The notes: generated by a model from the letters alone, not told the origin. Shown: positions 19,425-28,958, counted from the first letter of the stretch. The stretch is 44,040 bases of DNA from Myxococcota bacterium (GCA_036336835.1 JAYZFK010000014.1:1-44040); one strand, 5' to 3'. Made by a program: numbers and translations.

Positions 19425-20930
19425 GTGGATCTCGAATCACTCGGCCACATTCAGGCGATCCGCGACGTGCTGGCGCGCTACTGGCGCGGCATCGACCGCT
19501 GCGACGCAGAGCTGGTGCGCTCGACCTACTACGACGGCGCCCACGACGATCACGGCTACTACAAGGGCCCGGTCGAAGGCTTCGTCGACACCCTGCCCCA
19601 CGTGGTCTGGCCGATCTTCCAGCGCACCCAGCACTTCAGCGGTCACATCGCCGTCGAGCTCGAATCCCCGAGGCTCGCCCGGGCCGAGTCGTATACCGAA
19701 GCCCACCACATCATGCAGGGCGACGACGGCAGCGCGAAGGACCTGGCCTACGGCCTGCGCTACATCGACCGTTTCGAGCGACGCGACGACGAGTGGAAGA
19801 TCGCCCACCGCGTGTGCACCTGGGACTGGCAGCGAACGGACGAGGCGATCGGCTTGCCGCTCGATACCGGCTACTTCCGCGGACGGCGCGACCGCACCGA
19901 CCCGGTGTTCGAGCACCCGGCCCGAACGGGTACACCCGTCTCGACCGAAGACCTCATCGCAAAGCGAGCCTGCTTCGACGCGCTCGCCCGCTACGCGCGA
20001 GGCGTCGACCGCTGCGATCCCGAGCTGGTGCGCTCGACCTATCACCCGGGAGCCTATGACGACCACGGCGGCTACCAGGGCGACGCCGACGGCTTCGTCG
20101 CCTGGGTGAAGGGCGCCGTGATGGACACCTTCGGTTGCACGATGCACAAGCTCGGCAACTCGCTGATCGAGGTCGAGGGCGACCGCGCGTTCGGCGAGAC
20201 CTACGCGGTTGCGCATCACATCCAGGATCAGCCCGCATCTCCAACGGATCTCGTCATGGGCGTGCGCTACCTCGATCGCTTCGAGCGGCGCGGCGGACAC
20301 TGGAAGGTTGCCCACCGCGTGATGAGCTTCGAATGGGAGCGCTCGGTCGAGGTCGGATCGCAACGATTCGCGCCCGGCTCGCTGCGCGGCGCTCGCGACG
20401 GCAGCGACCCGGTGCTCCAGCTGAGCGTGCCCGCGCGCCTCGACAGCGCCGAGCAGCGCACCGCCGACCGCGAGGCCATCTATGCGCAGCTCGCTCGCTA
20501 CTGCCGCGGCGTGGACCGCCGCGACGACGAGCTGCTCCGCTCGGTCTACTGGCCCGACGCTTACGATCACCACGGCCACTTCGAAGGCGATCTCGAGGGA
20601 TTCATCCGCTTCGTGAACGAAGCGGTCCACGCCCGCTTCCGCTGCACCATGCACAAGCTCGGAAACGCTCTGATCGAGATCGACGGCGACACCGCGCACT
20701 GTGAGACCTACGCGATCGGCCATCACGTTCGCGAAGAGGCGGACCGGGACATCGACGACCTCGTGATGGGGCTGCGCTACATCGACCGCTTCGAGCGACG
20801 CGCGGGCGAGTGGCGAATCGCACGGCGCGAAGTCCGCTACGAATGGCAGCGACTCGACCGGCTCGATCAGCGCGATCCGGAATGGACGCTTGGCCGCCAG
20901 GACCGCAGCGATCCGGTCTACTGTACGTAG
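19425..20930 (+). CDS. Protein with three tandem SnoaL-like (NTF2-fold, LinA/BaiE-like) domains
   Basis: Three repeats of LARYxRG(I/V)DRxDxEL(V/L)RSxY..A.D(D/H)HG...TxH...E(S/T)Y...HH...G.RY.DRFERR...W...R...DPV. Confidence 0.9.
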   Translation: MDLESLGHIQAIRDVLARYWRGIDRCDAELVRSTYYDGAHDDHGYYKGPVEGFVDTLPHVVWPIFQRTQHFSGHIAVELESPRLARAESYTEAHHIMQGDDGSAKDLAYGLRYIDRFERRDDEWKIAHRVCTWDWQRTDEAIGLPLDTGYFRGRRDRTDPVFEHPARTGTPVSTEDLIAKRACFDALARYARGVDRCDPELVRSTYHPGAYDDHGGYQGDADGFVAWVKGAVMDTFGCTMHKLGNSLIEVEGDRAFGETYAVAHHIQDQPASPTDLVMGVRYLDRFERRGGHWKVAHRVMSFEWERSVEVGSQRFAPGSLRGARDGSDPVLQLSVPARLDSAEQRTADREAIYAQLARYCRGVDRRDDELLRSVYWPDAYDHHGHFEGDLEGFIRFVNEAVHARFRCTMHKLGNALIEIDGDTAHCETYAIGHHVREEADRDIDDLVMGLRYIDRFERRAGEWRIARREVRYEWQRLDRLDQRDPEWTLGRQDRSDPVYCT

Positions 20931-22333
20931 CCGAGCGCTTCGAGCGTGGCGCGGAGCTCCTCGTTGATCTCGGCGGCATCGAGCAACACGAGGGGATGCT
21001 GCGCGAGCAGGTCGTCGAGCGCCGCCTCCCGTGCCTCGCGGAGTGAGTCCTCGACCGCGGCGAGGTTGCGCGTCTCGTCCGGCTCGGCTCCGAGTCGGTA
21101 GAGTTCCTCGCCGCTTCTCGTCCGGAGATACTTCCAGTCGCTCGAGACGACCCCCACCTTCTCCTCATCGATCAGGACGCGAGCTGCGGGCAATCCGGCC
21201 ACGGTCTCGATGACCTTCCGCTTCTCGAGACGCCCGGCGACGGCCTTGTGCTGATAGAACGGGTGCTGCACCAGCACCTGTCGCTCGCCCTGGCCCACGT
21301 GCTGGAGCGGGGTGCCGTTGAAGCTCGACGGCGCATCGATCCCGGTGGCTTCGAGCAGCGTCGGCGCGAGATCGAGATGGCTGACGACCGTGTCGCTTCG
21401 CGCTCCCGGCTCGAAGCTCGGCGGATGGCGAATCAGTAGCGGCACGCGCAGTGACGACTCGAGCAGACAGTCGGCGTGCTCGAAGTAGACCCCGTTCTCG
21501 AAGCACTCGCCGTGATCGGATGTCACGACGACGATGACGTCGTCGAGATCGCGCAGCAAACTCAGGCCAGCGAGGAGCCGGCCGACCTGCTGATCGACGT
21601 ACGCCACCTCCGAGCGATAGAGCGAACGGGCGTGATCGAGCACGCGACGTGGGATGTCGCCGTCGTTCTCCCGCGCGATCCGGTACAGCCCGGGCCAGTC
21701 CACCTGCGGCAGCTCCTCGAGCATCGCCGGATCGACCGTTCCGAGCGCCGGGTCGAGCTGCTGATACGGCTGATGCGGATCGAACAGGTGCACCCACGCA
21801 AAGAAGGGTTGGCGCGCATCGAGCGAGCCGAGCCACGCGAGGGCCGACACGACCACCGCGTCGGCCGAGCGCTGCCTCTCCGACGGCGGATCGTGCTTCT
21901 CGAAACCCTGCCCGATACCGGAGCTGTGCGACAGGATCGCCACCGCGACGAAGGCCCCCGTCCGGTAGCCGTTCTGCGCAAAGATCTCGGCCAGGGTGAT
22001 CTCGCTCTCGGGCAGGGAGAGCTGATTGTTGAGCACCCCGTGCTCGCGCGGATAGCGGGACGTGAAGAGCGAGAAGTGAGCCGGGCGTGTCATGGGCAGC
22101 GGAGACACCGCACGTTCGTAGAGCGTCGACTCCGCGGCGAACGCGTCGAGCAGCGGTGAAGGCGACGGGATCGCCCCGTACGCACCGAGCTCGTCGGCGC
22201 GCAGCGTGTCCAGAGTGATCAACAGGACGCTCGGCGGGGACGGCGCGCCGCATGCGGCGGCGACCCAGAGGCTTGCGGAGACCCAGAGGTAGCGCGGAAA
22301 AACGAACAACGGCCGACCCCCAAGTCGCTCCAT
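20918..22333 (-). CDS. Sulfatase-like hydrolase/transferase, Thr-type active-site motif, probable lipoprotein
   Basis: LLITLDTLRAD, MTRPAHFSLFTSRYPREHG, WVHLFDPHQPY, TSDHGE, VPLLI; VAAAC lipobox-like; start uncertain. Confidence 0.85.
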   Translation of the reverse strand: MERLGGRPLFVFPRYLWVSASLWVAAACGAPSPPSVLLITLDTLRADELGAYGAIPSPSPLLDAFAAESTLYERAVSPLPMTRPAHFSLFTSRYPREHGVLNNQLSLPESEITLAEIFAQNGYRTGAFVAVAILSHSSGIGQGFEKHDPPSERQRSADAVVVSALAWLGSLDARQPFFAWVHLFDPHQPYQQLDPALGTVDPAMLEELPQVDWPGLYRIARENDGDIPRRVLDHARSLYRSEVAYVDQQVGRLLAGLSLLRDLDDVIVVVTSDHGECFENGVYFEHADCLLESSLRVPLLIRHPPSFEPGARSDTVVSHLDLAPTLLEATGIDAPSSFNGTPLQHVGQGERQVLVQHPFYQHKAVAGRLEKRKVIETVAGLPAARVLIDEEKVGVVSSDWKYLRTRSGEELYRLGAEPDETRNLAAVEDSLREAREAALDDLLAQHPLVLLDAAEINEELRATLEALGYVQ

Positions 22334-22419
22334 TCTACGGCAAGCCGGACGATCGGCGAACTTCGACGGAAGGTGTAGTCTCGCACCCCCCTGCTCGACC
22401 CGATGCACAGGAGGGAAGC

Positions 22420-23391
22420 ATGCGCGCCGTCGTATGTCGCGAATTCGGACCGCCCGAGAACCTGCGCGTCGAAGAGCTGGCCGAGCCGAGCCCCGGCCCG
22501 GGCGAGCTGCTGGTCGAAGTGCGCGCCGCGTCGGCGACCTTTCCGGACGCGCTGCTGGTGCAGGACAAGTACCAGTACAAGGCCGAGCTGCCGTTCGTGC
22601 CGGGGGGGGAAACGGCGGGAGTGGTGATCGCGCTCGGCGAAGGCGTCAGCGGCTTCGAGCCCGGGGACCCGGTCTGCTGCGGCATGCTGTCGGGCGGCTT
22701 TGCAGAGCGGGCCGTGGCGAAGGTCGCTGCCGTGCGCCAGCTGCCCGCGGGGCTCGACTTCGCGGCCGCACCCGGGCTGCTCTACAGCTACGGGACCGCG
22801 CTCTACGCCCTGCGCGAGCGCGGCACCATCCGGCCCGGAGAATCCCTTCTGGTGCTCGGCGCGGGCGGCGCGCTGGGCATCGCCGCGATCGAGACGGGCA
22901 AGCTGCTGGGCGCGCGCGTGATCGCGGCCGCGTCGACCTCGGAGAAGCTCGAGCTGGCGCGTGCGCGCGGCGCCGACGAGTTGATCGACTACTCGTGCGA
23001 GGACCTCAAGCAGCGAGCCAAGGAGCTGACCGGAGGCAAGGGGGCCGACCTGGTGTTCGACTCCGTCGGTGGCGACTACGCCGAGGCCGCACTGCGCGCG
23101 ACCGCCTGGGAGGGCCGCTTCCTGGTGATCGGATTCACGGCTGGGATCCCGCGCATCCCGCTGAACCTGCCGCTGCTCAAGGGCTGCCAGATCGTCGGCG
23201 TCTTCCTCGGCGCCCAGAGCGGACGCGATCCCGCCTGGGCCCAGGCGATGCAGCAGGAGCTCGACACGCTCTGCGCCGAGGGCAAGCTGAAGCCGCAGGT
23301 CGGCCGCAGCTATCCACTCGAGCAGGCGCCGCAAGCACTGCGCGACCTGATCGATCGAAAGGCACTCGGCAGGCTCGTCGTCGCGCCCTGA
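22420..23391 (+). CDS. NADPH:quinone oxidoreductase (MDR/zeta-crystallin family)
   Basis: MRAVVCREFGPPE, PFVPGGETAG, LVLGAGGALG, GRFLVIGF; AGGAGG RBS. Confidence 0.93.
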   Translation: MRAVVCREFGPPENLRVEELAEPSPGPGELLVEVRAASATFPDALLVQDKYQYKAELPFVPGGETAGVVIALGEGVSGFEPGDPVCCGMLSGGFAERAVAKVAAVRQLPAGLDFAAAPGLLYSYGTALYALRERGTIRPGESLLVLGAGGALGIAAIETGKLLGARVIAAASTSEKLELARARGADELIDYSCEDLKQRAKELTGGKGADLVFDSVGGDYAEAALRATAWEGRFLVIGFTAGIPRIPLNLPLLKGCQIVGVFLGAQSGRDPAWAQAMQQELDTLCAEGKLKPQVGRSYPLEQAPQALRDLIDRKALGRLVVAP

Positions 23392-23570
23392 TCGACGCGC
23401 CGCGCACCCTCCCGCGCAACCCCATCCGGGGCGCAGTGGTCGTCGTCGGACGCAACGAATCGAAAGGGCGATTATTCGACTCCGGCGCCTTTCTGAATCC
23501 TTTAGGATGCCGTGCCGCCCTTCCCCGAGACGCGCCAGCGAAAAACCATGGGCGCCAGACAGGAGCCAGC

Positions 23571-24293
23571 TTGTCGCGCGACATCTTCCTCCACGAGATC
23601 ATCGATATCGTTGGGCTCGGCGCCTGGCCCTACATGCGACACACGCTCGACTGCTCCGGCGACCAGGCCAACGGCATGCAACTGGTCGGCACCTGGTACA
23701 CGATTGGCTGCACGGGACGCTGGTCACAGTGCATCAACCTGTGGGAGCTTCCGGACGGGTGGGAGGGCTGGTGCTCGAGCATCGACCGGCTCGGCTTGAA
23801 GCGCGAGGCCAACAAGGATCTCACCGGCTGGTGGAACGAGGCGCACAAGTATCGCACTGGCGGCTTCGACCGCCAGCTGGCCGGCATCCCGGGCTGCCCG
23901 ACGATGGCGTCGCTGACGCGTGATCAGGTGCGCGGCAGCACCTTCGTGCACGAGATCTCCGAGGTCCGAGCCGGCGCGGCACTCGACTACCTGCAGGCCA
24001 TGCAGGAGGAGTGGGTCCCCGTCGCCCGCGAATACGGACTCGAGCCCGTCGGCCTCTACGAGGTGCTGATGAACGACACCGAGGTCGTCACGGTCTGGGC
24101 AAGCGAGATCGATCGGATCGTGAACCTCGGACGTACCTACGACGCCTGCCGCGGCCTGGACGACACCGTCGGCGCCGACGACCGCGTACTCCAGTGGCGC
24201 AAGCGCGCACGCAAGTTCTGCACCCGGTGGCGCGAGGAGCTGATGACGCCGTGCCCCGGCACGACCTGCGCTCCGGCGCAAGCAACGAGCTGA
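23571..24293 (+). CDS. NIPSNAP-like two-domain (dimeric alpha/beta barrel) protein
   Basis: AGGAG RBS before TTG 23571; two similar halves (FLHEIIDI...LVGTWYTIG..GRWSQCINLWE / FVHEISEV...PVGLYEV...TEVVTVW). Confidence 0.65.
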   Translation: MSRDIFLHEIIDIVGLGAWPYMRHTLDCSGDQANGMQLVGTWYTIGCTGRWSQCINLWELPDGWEGWCSSIDRLGLKREANKDLTGWWNEAHKYRTGGFDRQLAGIPGCPTMASLTRDQVRGSTFVHEISEVRAGAALDYLQAMQEEWVPVAREYGLEPVGLYEVLMNDTEVVTVWASEIDRIVNLGRTYDACRGLDDTVGADDRVLQWRKRARKFCTRWREELMTPCPGTTCAPAQATS

Positions 24294-24329
24294 GCGTCTG
24301 CGCGCTGGCGCGCTCTCCATCGGGACGGG

Positions 24330-25805
24330 TCAGGCCCTGGCCGCACTGCCCCCGGCGACGCGACCGCTGAAGGTACAGTCGCCCAGCGACAGCCCGCTGT
24401 TGTAGCCCTGGGCCGGGATGCCGGACGCGGTTCGCCCCGCCGCGTACAGTCCGGTCACCGCAATACCGTCGGCATCGAGCACCTGTTGGCCCGGATCCGT
24501 GCGCAGGCCGCCCAGGGTGAAGACCGCGTACGGAACGCTGCCCGCGCGCAGATCGATCGCGGCGAAGGGCGGCGTTGCGAGCGGCTGGAGCCAGCACGCT
24601 TCCTTGTGGAACACCGGATCCTCGCCCTTTGCCGCGTGCTCGTTGTAGCTCTCGACTGCGTGGACCAGGTTGCCCCTCGGGAGTCCGATCTCGGCTTCCA
24701 GCTGCTCGATCGTGTCCGCGACGGCCGCGAGCGGATGGCTCGCGAGCTCGCTGCCGGGCGGGTTCGGCAGGTAGATGCTGTCGTCGACGATCAGGTAGAC
24801 CTCGCCATGCTGTGCTCGCAGCGCCAGCTCGCCGTGGTTGCTCTGATAGACATCCTCGTTCGTGTAGCGATGGCCCTGCCCATTGACCAGGATGCCGCGG
24901 ATGTTCTTGCGATTGCCGTAGGCAAACCCGAGCACGATGCAGGCAGAGCCCATGCGGATGGCTTCGCCGCCCGCACCCGTCCCCATCCGGATGCCGGAGC
25001 CATCGTCGCTCGTCTCCGCGCCGATGGGGTTCCCGCAGCGCAGCAAGTCGGGCGCGTGTCGACGCAGCATCGCCTCGTCGCGGACGAAGCCGCCCGTGGC
25101 GAGCACCACGCCGCAACGCGCCCGCACCACCTGCTCGCGCCCCTTGTGCGCCGCCACCACTCCGACGACCCCGCCGCCTTCGTCGACGACGAGCGTTAGG
25201 ACGTCGGTGTCGGGCTGGATCTCACCGCCTGCGCTCGTCACGGCAGCGATCAACGTCTGCATCAGCCGCTCGCCCGAGGGCAGACCGTCCTGGATCACCG
25301 TGTGACCGCGGGGTGCCGGCTTGGCGATATCGCAGTAGGGCTTCGCGCGCTCGCTGCCCGTGTAGCTGAGGCTCGCACCGGGAGCCGGCATCGTGCTCTC
25401 CTCGTACGGCACGAAGCCTTCCTCGAAGCTGACCCCATGCCCGACGAGCCAGCCGTAGTGCTCGACACTGCGATCGGCGAACAATCGGATCTTCGCCTCG
25501 TCCGCGCCCGGACCGCACGAGGCCACGAGGTACTGGAACATCTCGTCGGGCGTGTCATCGAACCCGCACGCCTTCTGCAATGGCGTGCCGGCCCCCAGAT
25601 AGATCTGTCCCGTCGACTCGGCCGACGTGCCCCCACCGCGCCAGCCGCGCTCCAAAACCAGCGTCGTGGCGCCGGCTTCGGCGGCCTCGATTGCCGCGCA
25701 AGCCCCCGCTGCGCCCAACCCGACCACCACGACGTCGACCTCGCGCTCCCAGTGTGCGATGTCGCTGGCTCGGCGCGGAGTCGCTGCCCGTGTCTGCTCG
25801 CTCAT
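24330..25805 (-). CDS. FAD-binding_2 flavoprotein, 3-ketosteroid dehydrogenase-like
   Basis: DVVVVGLGAAG, GGGTSAESTG.IYLG.GT..QKACGFDDTP, VVLATGGF, TLGGL, GLYAAGR, SGLSLGDCTFSGR. Confidence 0.85.
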   Translation of the reverse strand: MSEQTRAATPRRASDIAHWEREVDVVVVGLGAAGACAAIEAAEAGATTLVLERGWRGGGTSAESTGQIYLGAGTPLQKACGFDDTPDEMFQYLVASCGPGADEAKIRLFADRSVEHYGWLVGHGVSFEEGFVPYEESTMPAPGASLSYTGSERAKPYCDIAKPAPRGHTVIQDGLPSGERLMQTLIAAVTSAGGEIQPDTDVLTLVVDEGGGVVGVVAAHKGREQVVRARCGVVLATGGFVRDEAMLRRHAPDLLRCGNPIGAETSDDGSGIRMGTGAGGEAIRMGSACIVLGFAYGNRKNIRGILVNGQGHRYTNEDVYQSNHGELALRAQHGEVYLIVDDSIYLPNPPGSELASHPLAAVADTIEQLEAEIGLPRGNLVHAVESYNEHAAKGEDPVFHKEACWLQPLATPPFAAIDLRAGSVPYAVFTLGGLRTDPGQQVLDADGIAVTGLYAAGRTASGIPAQGYNSGLSLGDCTFSGRVAGGSAARA

Positions 25806-25885
25806 CCGCTCGCCCCCCGCCAAATGGTTGACCAGCATATCAGCCGGCGCGCCTAGAATGAGCGCATGCAGCGGAGCCCCAACGC

Positions 25886-27079
25886 ATGAGCGAAGCCAGC
25901 CTCGACGACGATCCCGGCTTCGACCTGCTCGCCCAGGAGTTGTACGAAGGCGACCCCGACGCCTGCTACGCCTGGCTCCGCGCCAATGCGCCGGCGTACT
26001 GGGACTCGACGAACGAGCTGTGGGGCATCTCGCGACACGCCGACCTGGTCGCGATCGAGCGAGACACCGTCCTGTTCACGAGTGCGCAGGGATCGCGGCC
26101 CGGCATCCCACCCGATCCGTCGATGATCAACACGGACGACCCCAGGCACATGGCCCTTCGCCGGATCTTCGGGGCCGACATCACCCCGCGCGGGGTCCGC
26201 CGCTACGAGGCCCGTGTGCGCGAGATCGTCGATCAGCTGATCGACGCAGTGGCCGACCGCGGTGCCTGCGACCTGGTGCAGGATCTGGCGATCCCGCTCC
26301 CAGTGCGGGTCATCATCGACCTGCTCGGCTTCGACGACGAACGCTGGCGCGACTACCAGCAATGGTCGGAGATCACGATGATCGCGGGGGGAGGTCCGCG
26401 CTATCTCACCGAAGCAGTCATGCAGGCGGCACAGGAGTTCTGGGCCCGGGCCGAGGAGACACTGCACGAGCGTCGAGAGGAGCCGCGCGACGACTGGCTC
26501 TCGCTGATGCTCGCGCACGCCGACGAAGGACCCGGTGCACGCGACGTCACGGCCATGCTGTCGGAGTCGCTGCTGATCCTGAACGGCGGCAGCGATACCA
26601 CTCGCCACGTACTCGCGGGCGGTACCCACGCGCTGCTCCAGCATCCGGAACAGCTCGCGCGACTGGTCGCGGAACCACGAGCGATCCCGCGCGCGATCGA
26701 AGAGATGATCCGCTGGGTGACCCCCATCCTGAACATGCGCCGCACCGCAACACGCGACACCCAGCTCCACGGTCAAAAGATCCGCGAGGGCGACCAGTTG
26801 CTGTTGATGTATTCGTCCGCGAACCGCGACGCCGCGGTATTCGAGGCACCAGAGCGTTTCGACACGACGCGCCACCCGAACCCGCACATCGCATTCGGCA
26901 TCGGCACTCATTTCTGCCTGGGCGCGAACCTCGCGCGACTCGAGCTGCGGCTGATACTCGAGCAGATGCTTCGTCGACTTCCCGGGCTGCGGCTGGCAAG
27001 CGATCAGCCGCCTCGCGTCGTGGCGACAGGCTTCGCCCGCGGGCTCGCAGCGCTCCCGGTCGCGTGGGACCCGGCGTAG
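25886..27079 (+). CDS. Cytochrome P450 (CYP142-like)
   Basis: I-helix LILNGGSDTTRH, EEMIRWVTP, heme motif FGIGTHFCLG. Confidence 0.95.
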   Translation: MSEASLDDDPGFDLLAQELYEGDPDACYAWLRANAPAYWDSTNELWGISRHADLVAIERDTVLFTSAQGSRPGIPPDPSMINTDDPRHMALRRIFGADITPRGVRRYEARVREIVDQLIDAVADRGACDLVQDLAIPLPVRVIIDLLGFDDERWRDYQQWSEITMIAGGGPRYLTEAVMQAAQEFWARAEETLHERREEPRDDWLSLMLAHADEGPGARDVTAMLSESLLILNGGSDTTRHVLAGGTHALLQHPEQLARLVAEPRAIPRAIEEMIRWVTPILNMRRTATRDTQLHGQKIREGDQLLLMYSSANRDAAVFEAPERFDTTRHPNPHIAFGIGTHFCLGANLARLELRLILEQMLRRLPGLRLASDQPPRVVATGFARGLAALPVAWDPA

Positions 27080-27092
27080 GAGCGTTCGAACC

Positions 27093-27737
27093 GTGCCGGA
27101 CGCCCCTTTCGACGTCGCAGTCTTCGATCACCTGCTGTCCACGACGCGGGCCGTCCGACGCCGGCTCGACCTGTCTCGCCCGGTCGAGCCCGACGTGATT
27201 CGAGACTGCGTGCGGCTCTCGCAGCAAACCCCCAGCGGCCAGGACGCACAGGGCTGGCGCTGGGTCGTGGTCAACGATCGCGACAAACGAGCGGCGCTGG
27301 GTGAGATCTACGCGCGCGCGCTGCCGGGGTTGCGCGGGCTCGAGCGGTCGCACGAAGGCGACCCGAAGGCGCAGCGAATGTATCAGGCGGTCGTCTGGCT
27401 CGCCGAGAACATTTCCGAGGTCCCCTGTCTCGTGATCCCGTGCGTACAGGGCCGGCCCCCCGAGAAGTTCAGCGCGACGCTGTACGCGACGATCTACGGC
27501 TCGATCATCCCGGCGGTCTGGAGCTTTCAGCTCGCGCTGCGCAGCCGCGGCCTGGGATCGTGCTACACGACGCTCACGCTCGACTACGAGGCCGAGGTCC
27601 GCGCGCTGCTCGGCATCCCCGACGACGTGCTCCAGGTGGCGATGCTGCCCGTCGCCTATACCGTCGGGACAGATTTCAAGACCGCAACTCGCCCACCGCC
27701 CGACGAGGTCATCCACTGGGACCAGTGGCGCGACTGA
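27093..27737 (+). CDS. Nitroreductase family protein
   Basis: LLSTTRAVRRRLD, TPSG..Q.WRWVVV, GSIIPAVWSFQLALRSRGLGS. Confidence 0.9.
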   Translation: MPDAPFDVAVFDHLLSTTRAVRRRLDLSRPVEPDVIRDCVRLSQQTPSGQDAQGWRWVVVNDRDKRAALGEIYARALPGLRGLERSHEGDPKAQRMYQAVVWLAENISEVPCLVIPCVQGRPPEKFSATLYATIYGSIIPAVWSFQLALRSRGLGSCYTTLTLDYEAEVRALLGIPDDVLQVAMLPVAYTVGTDFKTATRPPPDEVIHWDQWRD

Positions 27738-27990
27738 CGACCACATCCTCACCTTCGATCACGTGCTCGGCTCGGTGCACGCGGACCGCGAGCCCGCACT
27801 GACCGGCCCATAAGCCGAGCGCGACCCCTTCCACGAGCCGATGACGCTGTTTGCGTGCTTCGCTGCGGCGACCGAGCGGATCGAGCTGATGCGCGGGCTG
27901 TGGTCGGAGCCCGTGCTCGACTATCGCGGCTCCTACCACCGCGTCGATCGCGGCGGCATCCTGTCGCAACCCGATCGCCCGATTCCGAGC
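27736..27990 (+). pseudogene. Remnant of an LLM-class (luciferase-like, F420-dependent) oxidoreductase
   Basis: Frame reads DHILTFDHVLGSVHADREPALTGP*AERDPFHEPMTLFACFAAATERIEL|MRGLWSEPVLDYRGSYHRVDRGGILSQPDRPIP. No start codon, TAA at 27811, central region missing, 3' end cut by the convergent gene. Confidence 0.8.
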
Positions 27991-28817
27991 TACTTGCCGT
28001 CGAGTATCGCGACGCCTCGGGCGTTGGCGTAGATGTGATCGCCGACGCGTCGCATCCACGCGAGCTCCTCTTCGTCCATCGGCCCCTGATCGAGCGCGGC
28101 CAGCGCCTGCTTCATCTGCTCGGCGTTGTCCGGACCAGCCAGGCACAGGTCGACCTCGGGTCGCGAGATGGCAAAGCGGTAGCAGTCCGCCCCCGTCGGG
28201 GTGCGCTCGTCCGGCGGCGTCTTGTCGGGATCGCACAGATCGCCCCATCGGGTCGTCGTGTAGGTCACCAGACCGGGGCGGCGCGTCACGCCTCGACCGT
28301 CGAGGCACGGAAACACCTCGCGCTCCGCGCCGCGGTGCACCGCGTTGTAGCGCACGTGCCAGATCGAGTATGTCTCGTCGTCGAGCAGCGTAGGAAGCAG
28401 ACGTCGATGATGCGTCGACACTGCGATGCAGCCAATGCGCCCCTTCTCGCGCAGCTCGAGCGCCGCGTCCAGCACGCGACGCGATGGCCGCTTGTTGTGC
28501 CATCCGAGCAGTAGCGCATCGACGTGATCGAGCCCGAGCGCCGAGAGACCGCGTTCGACGAAACGGGTGAGCAGGCCGCCGACGCGCGAGTAGCTCTGCA
28601 GCATGACCACGAGCTGATCGCGGCGATCGCTCGCGATCTCGCGAATGGCCCGCCCCATCGCGTCGCGGCGCACGCTGCCCCAGTAGAAGTAGTTGACGCC
28701 GCGGTCGAAGGCCTCGAGAAAGGCCGATGTCGGCGCTTTGAACGACGACCCGAGCCCGAGCTTCGAGACGGACAGGCCGCTTCGGCCGAGCGGGATGCGA
28801 GGCGGGAAACCCGTCAT
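27990..28817 (-). CDS. Aldo/keto reductase-fold protein (atypical active site)
   Basis: LGRSGLSVSKLGLG, VERGLSALGLDHVDALLLGW, LREKGRIGCIAVSTH, CYRFAIS.P.VD.CLAG; GAGGAGG RBS. Confidence 0.85.
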   Translation of the reverse strand: MTGFPPRIPLGRSGLSVSKLGLGSSFKAPTSAFLEAFDRGVNYFYWGSVRRDAMGRAIREIASDRRDQLVVMLQSYSRVGGLLTRFVERGLSALGLDHVDALLLGWHNKRPSRRVLDAALELREKGRIGCIAVSTHHRRLLPTLLDDETYSIWHVRYNAVHRGAEREVFPCLDGRGVTRRPGLVTYTTTRWGDLCDPDKTPPDERTPTGADCYRFAISRPEVDLCLAGPDNAEQMKQALAALDQGPMDEEELAWMRRVGDHIYANARGVAILDGK

Positions 28818-28958
28818 CGAAACCTCCTCCCGCACCAATCCGGTGCGGTCGACGAAGACGGTATCACCAAGGAGCCGGCCCCGTCTCGGTCGACCGCAGG
28901 GGGCCCGGATGCCGGATCTGGACGAACGCGCGGGGCCGCAGCGCGATCCTGGAAACCT

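Noticed and set aside
27811..27813. In-frame stop in the LLM fragment as a recoding event
   Set aside because: It is TAA, not TGA or TAG, and the gene is also missing its start, middle and end, so it is a pseudogene.
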